This document shows, one piece after another, positions 8,531 to 17,377 of a stretch of DNA of 32,000 nt; within the stretch, counting starts at the first letter, position 1; every line of letters starts with the position of its first letter. The position numbers and the translations under genes are program-made. The DNA is from an uncultured archaeon (GTDB lineage: Archaea > Asgardarchaeota > Thorarchaeia > Thorarchaeales > Thorarchaeaceae): contig CAYHAA010000001.1 in the NCBI GenBank assembly GCA_964354495.1, positions 278,075 to 310,074 of the forward strand. The letters run 5' to 3'. Below the pieces are notes generated by a model. The model made no database searches, was not told the origin of the DNA, and saw nothing but the letters and a program-made list of their open reading frames with translations.

Positions 8531-10657
8531 GTGTTGAACGTGGACAGGCAAAAAGGCATTGACAGTCTATTCAATCCTCGCTCAATTGCGGTGATTGGAG
8601 CATCAGAGGTTCGTGGAAAGCTCGGAAACGATGTTATGCGTAATCTCATCGAAAGTGGTTACGAACGTCGAATCTATCCCATCAATCCGAAAGCAGGCGA
8701 GATTCTTGGTCATAAGGTATTCAGATCGGTGAAAGATGTCCCTGGGGAAGTAGATGTTGCAGTGATTGTAATTCCTGCAAAATTCGTCCTCGAAGCCGTC
8801 GAGGAATGCGGTAAGAAGGGCGTGAAGGCTCTAGTGATTATCTCTGCAGGTTTCAAAGAGATTGGTCATGAGGGACAAGAGGCTGAGAGAATGCTTGCCA
8901 CCCTTGCTGAGAAGTATGAGATGGTGATTCAAGGTCCAAACTGCCTTGGTATCATCAACACCTCAGCTCCATACAATGCATCATTTTCATCTGGAACTCC
9001 AAGCAAGGGAGTCATTGCATTTGCCTCACAGTCAGGCGCACTGATGACAGGAATTCTAGATTGGAGTCTCATGGAAAGAATTGGTTTCTCCAAGTTTGTA
9101 AGCCTCGGAAACAAGGCTCATCTCGATGAAGCCGATTTTGTTGAAGCCTTTGGAAGAGACCCTGACTCGACTTTTGTTCTTCTGTACATTGAATCCGTGG
9201 TAGATGGAAACAAGTTCATGGAAGCATGCCGTAAAGTCGTACAACACAAACCGATTTTTGTGGTCAAGTCTGGTGTAAGTACTGCGGGTGCAAGGGCTGC
9301 ATCATCACATACCGGTTCGCTTGCCGGTAGTGACATAGCCTATGATGTTGCCTTCAAACAATGTGGAGTTCGGCGGGCAAGTAGCATGGCCTCTCTTTTC
9401 GACATCGCTGCAGTCTTTGATAACATGCACCTCCCGTCTGGCAATCGCGTGGCGATTGTCACCAATGCTGGAGGCCCAGGTATTCTCACAACTGATGCAT
9501 GCGAGGCAAGCGGACTCAAGATTGCTCAGTTGACATCGGCGACAGTAGAATGTCTAAAAGCGAATCTGCCTCCTGCGGCTGCAGTCTACAATCCTATTGA
9601 TGCACTCGGAACTGCACAGCCTGAGGACTATGAGCTTTGTATCGAGGCTGCACTTAGAGACGAGAATGTTGACTCGGTGCTCGTGTTGCTTACTCCTCAA
9701 GCCATGACGAAACAGACTGAAACTGCACAGGTGATTGTAAGCATCCACACGAAATACCCCAAGAAACCAGTCATAGCGGTCTTTATGGGTGGCAACTCAA
9801 TGGTCTACCCACGAATAGTGCTGACAGAGGGTCACATACCGGTATTTGACTTTCCCGAGCGAGCGGTGCATGCGCTGGCTGAACTCTACAAATACACAGT
9901 GAGTCGGGATAGCCTCAAGGATGAGTCAATACCACGATTCAAAGCTGATAAGAAGAAAGTCGAGAAGATCATCAGCGATGTAAGAACAGATAGACGTAGA
10001 GTCCTCCTTGGTAGTGAGGCACATGCAATAGCCGAGGCGTACGACATACCAGTTGCCAAGATTCGTCTTGCGACAAGCTCTGAAGAAGCAAAGGTTCTAG
10101 CAGAGGAACTGGGATATCCTGTTGTACTGAAGATCGCCAGTCCAGACATAGTTCACAAGAGCGATATCGGGGGAATAAAGGTAGGTCTCAAGACTCCTGA
10201 AGAGATTGAAGCTGCATTCCTACAGATATTGGACAATGCTAAGGCACAGATGCCCAAGGCCATCATCTATGGTGTTGATATTCAAGAGATGGCTGAAAAG
10301 GGCAAGGAGTTGATTATTGGCTGTTCCAGAGATGTTCAGTTCGGCCCTCTGATCATGTTTGGCGCAGGAGGCATCTTTGTCAATTATTTGAAAGACATCG
10401 GATTCCGTCTTGCTCCTATGACAAGATCTGATGCAAGCGATTTGATCATGGAGACCAAGATTGGTACGCTTCTCAGGGGTGTACGAGGAGAGGCTCCGAG
10501 TGATGTAGCCGCTATAGAAGATACAATCCTGAAGATTAGTCAGCTTGTGACGGATTTCCAGGAAATTGTTGAATTGGATATCAATCCTGCATTTGCCTAT
10601 GAGAAGGGGAAAGGCGTTTCTGCTGTTGACGTCAAGATAACGATAGGAGGTCCATAA
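8531..10657 (+). CDS. acd: Acetate/acyl-CoA ligase [ADP-forming], fused alpha-beta subunits
   Basis: SIAVIGAS CoA-binding fold, GPNCLG, SQSGA, ASSHTGSLAG (phospho-His), NAGGPG, NPID, GYPVVLK..SPDIVHKSDIGG and ELDINP (ATP-grasp). Confidence 0.95.
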   Translation: MLNVDRQKGIDSLFNPRSIAVIGASEVRGKLGNDVMRNLIESGYERRIYPINPKAGEILGHKVFRSVKDVPGEVDVAVIVIPAKFVLEAVEECGKKGVKALVIISAGFKEIGHEGQEAERMLATLAEKYEMVIQGPNCLGIINTSAPYNASFSSGTPSKGVIAFASQSGALMTGILDWSLMERIGFSKFVSLGNKAHLDEADFVEAFGRDPDSTFVLLYIESVVDGNKFMEACRKVVQHKPIFVVKSGVSTAGARAASSHTGSLAGSDIAYDVAFKQCGVRRASSMASLFDIAAVFDNMHLPSGNRVAIVTNAGGPGILTTDACEASGLKIAQLTSATVECLKANLPPAAAVYNPIDALGTAQPEDYELCIEAALRDENVDSVLVLLTPQAMTKQTETAQVIVSIHTKYPKKPVIAVFMGGNSMVYPRIVLTEGHIPVFDFPERAVHALAELYKYTVSRDSLKDESIPRFKADKKKVEKIISDVRTDRRRVLLGSEAHAIAEAYDIPVAKIRLATSSEEAKVLAEELGYPVVLKIASPDIVHKSDIGGIKVGLKTPEEIEAAFLQILDNAKAQMPKAIIYGVDIQEMAEKGKELIIGCSRDVQFGPLIMFGAGGIFVNYLKDIGFRLAPMTRSDASDLIMETKIGTLLRGVRGEAPSDVAAIEDTILKISQLVTDFQEIVELDINPAFAYEKGKGVSAVDVKITIGGP

Positions 10658-10659
10658 GG

Positions 10660-11724
10660 ATGGCGAAGAATATTTTGATCACTGGGGATACAGTGACAGG
10701 AAAAACGATGGTTGCGATTGCTCTGGCAAGCAAACTCAGAGCTGAAAAGAAATCCGTTGGCTACTTCAAGCCATCAGGCATCAAGAGTTATATCCATAGC
10801 ACATCCGACGAAGACGTGGATGAGGACGCTGCGGTCATGAAAGAGATTCTTGGCATGAAAGAGCGTTTGAGTTGCATCTGCCCAATAGTACGTCATATGT
10901 CAAGCTATGACGAATTGATTCGTATTGGGAAAGAGAAGCTGAAGCAGAAAGTGCAGACATGCTATGCAAAGATTGCAAAGAATCACGATTATGTAATCAT
11001 TGAAGGAGAGAAGTCTCCTTGGTATCTGATGCACGTTGACCTCTCCACCCTCGATATCGCCAGGGATTTGGGAGCCACGGTCATTTGCCTAGTCAATTTT
11101 CCTGATATTGCGGCCATTGATGATATTCTCCTTCAAAAAGAACTCTTCACCAGATATGGCACATCGAGAATAGGAGTTGTTCTCAATCTCGTTCCTCCCA
11201 TGCTAAAGAAAGTCGTTAACGAGAATATTCGTCCATTCCTGGAAGAGCAAGGAATGGTATTCTGTGGTGTTCTATACAACAATAGAGAGCTGTTCAGCCC
11301 TACAGTTGGCGAAATCATGCGGGGGTTAGAAGGGGAGATGGTCATTGGGATGGACAAGATGGACCTTCTCATCGACAAATTCATCGTTGGTAGCATGGCT
11401 CCTGAGAATGCACTGAAGTGGTTCCGTGAATCGAAGGACAAGGCTGTAATCACAAGTGGCGATAGGACGGACATCTGTCTTGCTGCCCTGGAAACTGATA
11501 CGAATCTTCTGATTCTCACGGGTGGCGTGGGTCCCGATATTGCCACTCTGACCAGAGCCCGCGAACTCGGTGTACCAATCATGATGACCGCTTTGGATAC
11601 CTATGCCACGAGCCAAGTTGTTAACGAACTGGTTGGCACTGTGACTGTTGATAACAAGGAGAAGATCGCTGCCGTAGAGAGAATAGTCGGAGAAGCTCTG
11701 TCGATAGAGGATCTCGACCTCTAG
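10660..11724 (+). CDS. Phosphotransacetylase N-terminal-like protein (BioD-like P-loop plus DRTGG domain; no PTA catalytic domain)
   Basis: TGDTVTGKT, VGYFKP, IIEG, ITSGDRTDI and LILTGG. It starts 2 nt after acd, a known gene pairing. Confidence 0.9.
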   Translation: MAKNILITGDTVTGKTMVAIALASKLRAEKKSVGYFKPSGIKSYIHSTSDEDVDEDAAVMKEILGMKERLSCICPIVRHMSSYDELIRIGKEKLKQKVQTCYAKIAKNHDYVIIEGEKSPWYLMHVDLSTLDIARDLGATVICLVNFPDIAAIDDILLQKELFTRYGTSRIGVVLNLVPPMLKKVVNENIRPFLEEQGMVFCGVLYNNRELFSPTVGEIMRGLEGEMVIGMDKMDLLIDKFIVGSMAPENALKWFRESKDKAVITSGDRTDICLAALETDTNLLILTGGVGPDIATLTRARELGVPIMMTALDTYATSQVVNELVGTVTVDNKEKIAAVERIVGEALSIEDLDL

Positions 11725-11744
11725 GGTTGACAACAGCTGCAAGA

Positions 11745-12090
11745 GACTTGGACAAAGTTGGACAGGTGCTTATATAGTCCAGTACAGACCAATCCTGTGA
11801 GGATGACCTGACATGAACTCTGTCCTCACGGAGTCGAGCCCAGTGCCGTTTCTTGGGCGGACAGCACTCTGATGTCCAAGATTGTCCAATTAACAATGAA
11901 CGGTTCAGTACCATGGGAAAGGGAGGGAGCAATATTGCTCCCGATCTAAGACAAATCGAACGTACAATCGCCGGGAGGAGCCCTTGTACGTTCAATGCCG
12001 GAATCTGCCTGCCTTCCATAAGTCATCTTGTATAGTTAGGCTAATACACGGTCATTATGCAGACTGTGTCCTATACATCACTCAGACCAT
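11745..12090 (+). ncRNA. Candidate structured non-coding RNA of unrecognised family
   Basis: At least six helices, including a 15/17-bp long-range stem (11748-11764 with 11873-11889), an 18-bp palindrome and a 10-bp perfect stem. Most G-U wobbles favour the + strand. No credible ORF. Confidence 0.4.
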
Positions 12091-12227
12091 CTCAGCATAT
12101 TCTAGCCACTCATAAGCATGAAAAGGCGGAAAATCGGGCGACAAGGCCACTCTTTCGTTGTCCAGCAACACATTTATGCCAGCGAAAAGTTATCGATTTC
12201 TCGTATCTCAAAATTTGAGGTGAACTA

Positions 12228-12992
12228 ATGGCTTCAGATGCTGAAAAGTCGGAGGCTGCCGGTGAAGCAATGGACTCTACGAAGGCTGAACGAGAACTTG
12301 AGTCCTTGAAGTGGATCCGTGAGCGGCGCTCCATTAGGGAGTTCACTGGTGAAAAAATACCAGATGAGCATATTGAGTTGATCCTCGAAGCGGCGAGGCA
12401 TGCTCCCAGTCCTGAGAACATGCTTATGATTCGTTTCGTTGTGATTCGTGATGATCAGGACACGAAGGTGTTTCTTGCTGATATAGCCCAAGAGATGGCT
12501 CAAACCGCTTTTGGTGGGGCACCCTTTGAGCTCACAAGTGGTCGAAACTGGTTCATAAACGACCCTTATAGGGCCGCTGTCTATGCCCGGCTTCGAGACG
12601 GTGAGTTGTTCCGTTATCCTGAGAAGAGCGATACAGTGATAATCGTGTGCGCGAGCGATGTTTGGACTGATGCAGGTTACCTGTATGAGAATGACCTCTT
12701 TGGTTCTGTCGTGTCTGGAATGGCCATTATGAACATGTGGTTGACAGCTACAGAACTGGGATATGGCTGCGGCTATGAGGCTCTCGTCTGTTCAGATCCC
12801 CGTCATGCTGAACTGATTCGTGACAGACTTGGGATTCCTCCCATCTGGAAACCTATCACTGCATTCTGTATTGGAAAGAGGATTTCGCCACGAGCTCTTG
12901 GTCCGAGCAGACCTCCACTTGAGGGTCTGATGTACCAGGAACGCTGGGGATTCCCGTACAAGCGCCTCGCATTCAGGAAGGAGGGCGACTAA
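12228..12992 (+). CDS. Nitroreductase-superfamily flavoprotein
   Basis: IRERRSIREF, ILEAARHAPS, MNMWLTATELGYG; insertion between the core motifs. Confidence 0.9.
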   Translation: MASDAEKSEAAGEAMDSTKAERELESLKWIRERRSIREFTGEKIPDEHIELILEAARHAPSPENMLMIRFVVIRDDQDTKVFLADIAQEMAQTAFGGAPFELTSGRNWFINDPYRAAVYARLRDGELFRYPEKSDTVIIVCASDVWTDAGYLYENDLFGSVVSGMAIMNMWLTATELGYGCGYEALVCSDPRHAELIRDRLGIPPIWKPITAFCIGKRISPRALGPSRPPLEGLMYQERWGFPYKRLAFRKEGD

Positions 12993-12993
12993 G

Positions 12994-13521
12994 ATGCAAG
13001 TAGAATTCAAAGGCAAAACTCTGGAGAACATGAAGAAACTCGCTGGTGAAGCTGGCCTCACTCCTGCTGGTCTTATCGAGGTGGTCATGCAACAATTCGT
13101 GGACAATAAGGGTGGCAGAGTCTACACAGGAAGATGGTCGGGGGGAGAGGTCGATGGAGTCAAGGGCATGAGATATGTACCCCAATGGCCGTTTAGACCC
13201 GGCTTCAAGGAGGCGGATGGAAGTGAAGTCAAGCGGTGGAAAGCTGAAACCAAGGCCTTCCGCAAGCATCCGACAGGCGCATGGCCGTTCTATCCCCATC
13301 TGAAAGAGGGAGATATCGAGCATGAATACTGGACCTCGAAGAAGATGTACCATCAATCATTCATGAATGATCGAAAAGGTCGCATTGTGACCCTAATGGA
13401 TGGTGACAAGTATGAGGAATTCCTTAGAACAGTCAAGAAAAGGAAGGGGAATTTCTGGGCTACTAGCGTTGAGCATGTCATGATAGAGGCCATCGATGAC
13501 TGGATGGCTAAGGAGGAATAA
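12994..13521 (+). CDS. Hypothetical protein with possible RHH-like segments at both ends and an internal WPFxP repeat
   Basis: 175-aa ORF, translationally coupled (1-nt and 2-nt gaps) to its neighbours. Confidence 0.75.
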   Translation: MQVEFKGKTLENMKKLAGEAGLTPAGLIEVVMQQFVDNKGGRVYTGRWSGGEVDGVKGMRYVPQWPFRPGFKEADGSEVKRWKAETKAFRKHPTGAWPFYPHLKEGDIEHEYWTSKKMYHQSFMNDRKGRIVTLMDGDKYEEFLRTVKKRKGNFWATSVEHVMIEAIDDWMAKEE

Positions 13522-13523
13522 GA

Positions 13524-13895
13524 ATGGCATCACAGCTACAGCAATTCTTTGAGTTTTTGATTAGTAAGGTCAAAGACAAAGAAGAGCTTCAAGGACATGT
13601 TATGAAGTGGATTGGTCCCTATGACGGCAAGATTCTCCAGGTCATTACACCCGACCATGGCGCTCAATACATCGTCGTTCAAAAGGGTGCGCCCTGGATG
13701 TCTCTGCATGAAGGGATATATCCCAGTCCAGATGTCATATACAAGTCGAACTCGGAAACCCTGCTTGGAATATTCACCGGTGAAGTCAACTTCAAGGACA
13801 CAATGAAGGACGGTCGCCTGACTGTCATTGGGAATGCCAATGAGAGTGATCCTCTAGCAAACCTGATTCTGGTTGCTATGACTGGTGGTATATAG
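13524..13895 (+). CDS. SCP2 sterol/lipid-binding domain protein
   Basis: PDVIYKSNSETLLGIFTGEVNFKDTMKDGRLTVIGN matches the SCP2 pattern; lipid-metabolism context. Confidence 0.8.
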   Translation: MASQLQQFFEFLISKVKDKEELQGHVMKWIGPYDGKILQVITPDHGAQYIVVQKGAPWMSLHEGIYPSPDVIYKSNSETLLGIFTGEVNFKDTMKDGRLTVIGNANESDPLANLILVAMTGGI

Positions 13896-13907
13896 GAGGC
13901 ATGCCAG

Positions 13908-15032
13908 ATGGAAGTCAAAAATATCGCAGTCGTTGGTGCAGGACTCATGGGTTCTGGAATTGCCTACATCTCTGCATGGAATGGATTCAATGTCTACCTG
14001 CTAGATGTCAATGATGCAGCAGTCGAAGCGGGAATGGACCGCATTCGCAATGATGTAATGACTGGTATCAACAAGAACAAGATATCGATGTCTGATGCAG
14101 AAGCACTTATGGGCCGGCTCAAATATGGCACCAAGCTTGAAGAAGGTGTCAAAGATGCAGACCTCGTCATTGAGGCAATCTTCGAGAACATGGATGTCAA
14201 GAAGCAGCTCCTTGCAAAGGTGGACAAAGCAGCTCCCAAGCGTGCAGTACTCGCGACCAACACCTCCTCCCTGAGTATTGATGAGCTTGCTACATCGACC
14301 ACTCGTCCTGCTCAGTTTCTGGGAATGCACTATTTCTCTCCGGTTGCCGCAATGAAGCTTCTCGAGCTCGTCATCGGCAAAAAGACGAGTCCAGAGACCA
14401 TTGCCATCGCAGTTGCAGTCGGGAAGAAACAGGGAAAGACAACTGTACAGGCCAAGAACAGTCCTGGCTTCATTGTCAATCGAATACTGAATCCCGTGCT
14501 CAGAGAGGCTATCATCCTCTATGAGAAGGGGGTTGCGACAAAGGAGGAAATCGATACTGCCATGACTGTACACGGCAGGATGCCTGCAGGACCATTTTCC
14601 CTTAGCGATTTTGTTGGCCTTGATATTGCCTTCAATGCGATGAGCACGCTCTATCGTGAGCTTGGGGATTGTTACAAGCCTCCTGATACTCTCAAGAAGC
14701 TTGTTGACTCTGGAGCCATAGGAATGAAGGCCAAGAAGGGCTTCTATGACTACACAGGTGCCAGTAAGGCCACTGAGAAGCCCAAAGGTGCTGACCTCAA
14801 GTGGCTCGCGATGCGTATTCAATTGATGGCTATCCGTGAGGCAATGATGCTGGTCGATAGCGGGATTGCTACCCGAGCAGATATCGATCCCGCAATGATC
14901 CTCGGCGCCAGCTTCCCGAAAGGTCCATTCGCCATGGCTGAGGAAATGGGTATGAACAAGGTTCGTGACGAGATCCAGAAGCTACACAAAGAGTTTGGCA
15001 ACTGTTATCGCGTTCCCAAGATGCTGCAATAG
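13908..15032 (+). CDS. 3-hydroxyacyl-CoA dehydrogenase with duplicated C-terminal domain
   Basis: VVGAGLMGSGIA, VIEAIFE, TNTSSL, GMHYFSP, PGFIVNRI, GPF..SDFVGLD; second C-terminal domain ADIDPAMILGASFPKGPF. Confidence 0.95.
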   Translation: MEVKNIAVVGAGLMGSGIAYISAWNGFNVYLLDVNDAAVEAGMDRIRNDVMTGINKNKISMSDAEALMGRLKYGTKLEEGVKDADLVIEAIFENMDVKKQLLAKVDKAAPKRAVLATNTSSLSIDELATSTTRPAQFLGMHYFSPVAAMKLLELVIGKKTSPETIAIAVAVGKKQGKTTVQAKNSPGFIVNRILNPVLREAIILYEKGVATKEEIDTAMTVHGRMPAGPFSLSDFVGLDIAFNAMSTLYRELGDCYKPPDTLKKLVDSGAIGMKAKKGFYDYTGASKATEKPKGADLKWLAMRIQLMAIREAMMLVDSGIATRADIDPAMILGASFPKGPFAMAEEMGMNKVRDEIQKLHKEFGNCYRVPKMLQ

Positions 15033-15042
15033 GGACCGGAAT

Positions 15043-15080
15043 CTGGCGGCAACATTAGCGCCGCCAGTTTCTCTTTTTTT
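15043..15080 (+). terminator. Hairpin plus U-tract terminator
   Basis: CTGGCGGC / GCCGCCAG stem followed by TTTCTCTTTTTTT, just after the HAD stop. Confidence 0.7.
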
Positions 15081-15156
15081 ATCCTATGTATCACAATCAA
15101 GGAACCATAGTTTTTAAGAGGCGCGAAGTCTTGCAGACCTCCAGAACTATTCAAAG

Positions 15157-15978
15157 GTGTATGAAATGGGCGAATACAAAACAATGCTGTATAGCAAAGA
15201 GGGTACGTTTCTCACCCCTGTCAAGAATATTGCAGTTATTAAGATGAATAGGCCAGATGCACTGAACGCAATCAATGACCAATTCATGCTTGATCTTGGT
15301 GCTGCACTTGATGAGGCTGAGAAGGATCCAGACATTCGGTCTGTGATAATAGGGACAAATCACCCCAAGGTCTATTGTACTGGAGCAGACTTGAAGATGG
15401 CTCAAGGATTCCTCAAAGATCCTAATTCAGTTGCCGGTGCTATCAAACAAGGGCAAATGGTTATTGACAAAATAGCTAGGCTCAGTAAGCCAGTGATTGC
15501 TGCTATTCACGGGCTGTGCCTCGGTGGCGGTACAGAGATTGCTCTTGCTTCCGATGTTCGAATATGTGATACTGAAGCAAAGATAGGCTGCCCCGAAGTT
15601 GCTCTGGGATTGATTCCAGCTTGGGGTGGCTGTGTACGGATGGCAAGAGTGGCTGGACTTGGAAAGGCACTCGAGTTGATTTTGACCGGAGCTCAGCTAA
15701 CAGGAGCTGAAGCATTAGCAGCTGGACTTGTCAGCAAGGTCGTAAGTCCTGATGATCTGCAAAGCGAAGCAATCAAGCTCGCGATGAAATTTGGCCAGAA
15801 TGCACCAATTGCACTCAAGCTAGCCAAGAGGGCTACTCATATGGCTTTTGACGCCAACTATGAAGCGAACCTGAAATATGAGGTCGATGCCTCTGTTGAA
15901 TGTTTCAAGACTGCTGACCTTGGAGAAGGTATTTCTGGAATACTTGAGAAGCGCCAACCCAAGTTCAAGGGCAAGTAG
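15157..15978 (+). CDS. Enoyl-CoA hydratase/isomerase (crotonase family)
   Basis: NRPDALNA, CTGADL, KPVIAAIHGLCLGGGTEIA, PEVALGLIPAWGG. Start could be ATG 15157, 15163 or 15184. Confidence 0.93.
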   Translation: MYEMGEYKTMLYSKEGTFLTPVKNIAVIKMNRPDALNAINDQFMLDLGAALDEAEKDPDIRSVIIGTNHPKVYCTGADLKMAQGFLKDPNSVAGAIKQGQMVIDKIARLSKPVIAAIHGLCLGGGTEIALASDVRICDTEAKIGCPEVALGLIPAWGGCVRMARVAGLGKALELILTGAQLTGAEALAAGLVSKVVSPDDLQSEAIKLAMKFGQNAPIALKLAKRATHMAFDANYEANLKYEVDASVECFKTADLGEGISGILEKRQPKFKGK

Positions 15979-15996
15979 AAGCAGTTCAATTGCTGA

Positions 15997-16033
15997 CCCA
16001 CAACCAGGAAGGTTGTGGGCTTTCTCTCTTTTT
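15997..16033 (+). terminator. Hairpin plus U-tract terminator
   Basis: CCCACAACC / GGTTGTGGG 9-bp stem followed by TTTCTCTCTTTTT. Confidence 0.7.
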
Positions 16034-16207
16034 CATGATGTTTTCTCGCGTTCATTATCTTTCTCGCTAATTATCAATATTGAACCTGATTTGCAGGGAA
16101 AGCGTCAACCTTAAGACCTCGATACTAGAGGTTGCCTGACTGAAAGTGGAGCATGATTGGATGTTTCACATCGATCATATTCATGCTCTTACTGCGGAGG
16201 ATATGAA

Positions 16208-17374
16208 ATGGCAAGAAGAGTTGCTGTAGTCGCTGGAGGCCACAGCAAATTCGGTAAAAGGTATGATGCAACCATGCGGGAGCTCTGCGCTGAGGCCTAC
16301 AAACCAATTTATGATGTAGGCATCACTCAGGACAAGATAGACGCCAGCGTCCTTTCGTACGCAGCCTCGCAGTTCACAGGTCAGGGCGCTGGCTCAGCCC
16401 TGATGGCTGACTACATTGGTATGCAAGAAAAACCCCATCTTAGAGTAGAATCTGCGTGCACCACCGGAACTGCAAGTCTGAGAGCTGCTTGGGGAATGGT
16501 TGCGGCTGGTCTCTATGATGTCATGCTCGTGATGGGTGTTGAGCAGATGAATCGTGTATCATCAGCTACTGCAACTGAATACATGTCTCGAGCAGGAGAC
16601 ATGCGTTGGGAGTATCCCTATGGAATCAGTTTCCCTGCATTCTATGCACTGATGGCTTCGCGGTATATGAGTGAATACAAAATGCCGCACGACATCCTAG
16701 CGCAAATCGCTGTCAAGTCCCATCACTATGGTGCTCAGAATCCCAAGGCACATCTCCCCAAGGAAGTGTCCTTTGAGGAGGCGAATAACGCTATTCCGAT
16801 ATGCAGGCCTCTCAACCTATACGACTGTAGCCTAATCACTGATGGCGCTGCTGCAATTGTCATTGCGGCAGAAGAAAAAGTGAAACAATTCACTGATCGA
16901 CCTATGTGGATAAAGGGTATCGGAGCAGGCGCATCTGAGAATATGATTCAGGACCGTCCTACTTTGACTTCAATCCCAGGAGCAAAGCGTGCAGCGGCAG
17001 CGGCGTACAAGATGGCTGGCGTAAAACCAGAAGACATCGATATGGCTGAGGTTCACGATTGTTTCACAATCGCCGAATTGATTGCCTACGAGGACTGTGG
17101 TTTTGCGGCTCCAGGAAAAGGCCCAGAGTTGGTCGAGAATAAGGAAAACTATCATACCGGTAGAATTCCAGTGAACTGTGATGGTGGTCTTAAGAGCAAG
17201 GGACATCCCCTAGGAGCTACAGGAATCTCAATGACCTATGAGGTCATGAAGCAGATGAGGGGTGAAGCAGAGGCCAAATCGCGTCAGATTAAAGATGTCA
17301 AGTACGGCCTGGTTCACAACGTGGGGCAGTCCGGGCAGTTTGTGAACGTCTTCATCTATGAGAGGGGTTGGTAA
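16208..17374 (+). CDS. Thiolase (acetyl-CoA C-acyltransferase, archaeal/SCP-x type)
   Basis: VESACTTG (catalytic Cys), NPKAH, EVHDCFT, GGLKSKGHPLGATG, HNVG. ATG 16208 has a GGAGG RBS. Confidence 0.95.
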   Translation: MARRVAVVAGGHSKFGKRYDATMRELCAEAYKPIYDVGITQDKIDASVLSYAASQFTGQGAGSALMADYIGMQEKPHLRVESACTTGTASLRAAWGMVAAGLYDVMLVMGVEQMNRVSSATATEYMSRAGDMRWEYPYGISFPAFYALMASRYMSEYKMPHDILAQIAVKSHHYGAQNPKAHLPKEVSFEEANNAIPICRPLNLYDCSLITDGAAAIVIAAEEKVKQFTDRPMWIKGIGAGASENMIQDRPTLTSIPGAKRAAAAAYKMAGVKPEDIDMAEVHDCFTIAELIAYEDCGFAAPGKGPELVENKENYHTGRIPVNCDGGLKSKGHPLGATGISMTYEVMKQMRGEAEAKSRQIKDVKYGLVHNVGQSGQFVNVFIYERGW

Positions 17375-17377
17375 ATC

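Noticed and set aside
11741-11780. AAGAGACTT...TATATAGTCC resembling group I intron R/S elements
   Set aside because: No P8 hairpin between them, J8/7 lacks its conserved G, and P3-P6 would have to lie inside the coding gene.
11621-12019. 132-aa minus-strand ORF and 60-aa plus ORF (11853..12035) in the structured gap
   Set aside because: No family motifs or RBS. The minus ORF overlaps the DRTGG gene by ~100 nt, and the region is better explained by RNA structure.
12020-12045. Possible selenocysteine TGA readthrough upstream of the 11621..12019 ORF
   Set aside because: A TAG follows a few codons further upstream, and there is no selenoprotein-like context.
11905-12090. RNase P or SRP RNA identity (GGAGCAA, CTCAGACC)
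   Set aside because: No GAGGAAAGUCC/P4 pairing partner and no SRP helix-8 hairpin could be formed; not supportable without Infernal.
14001-14822. 273-aa minus-strand ORF and other long antisense ORFs (18612..19214, 3071..3592, 11133..11582, 1732..2181)
   Set aside because: They lie wholly opposite well-supported genes and have no motifs.
16074-16083. TCAATATTGA palindrome upstream of the thiolase, sharing CAATATTG with 11929-11938
   Set aside because: An 8-bp AT-rich palindrome occurring twice in 32 kb is weak, and the positions relative to genes are inconsistent.
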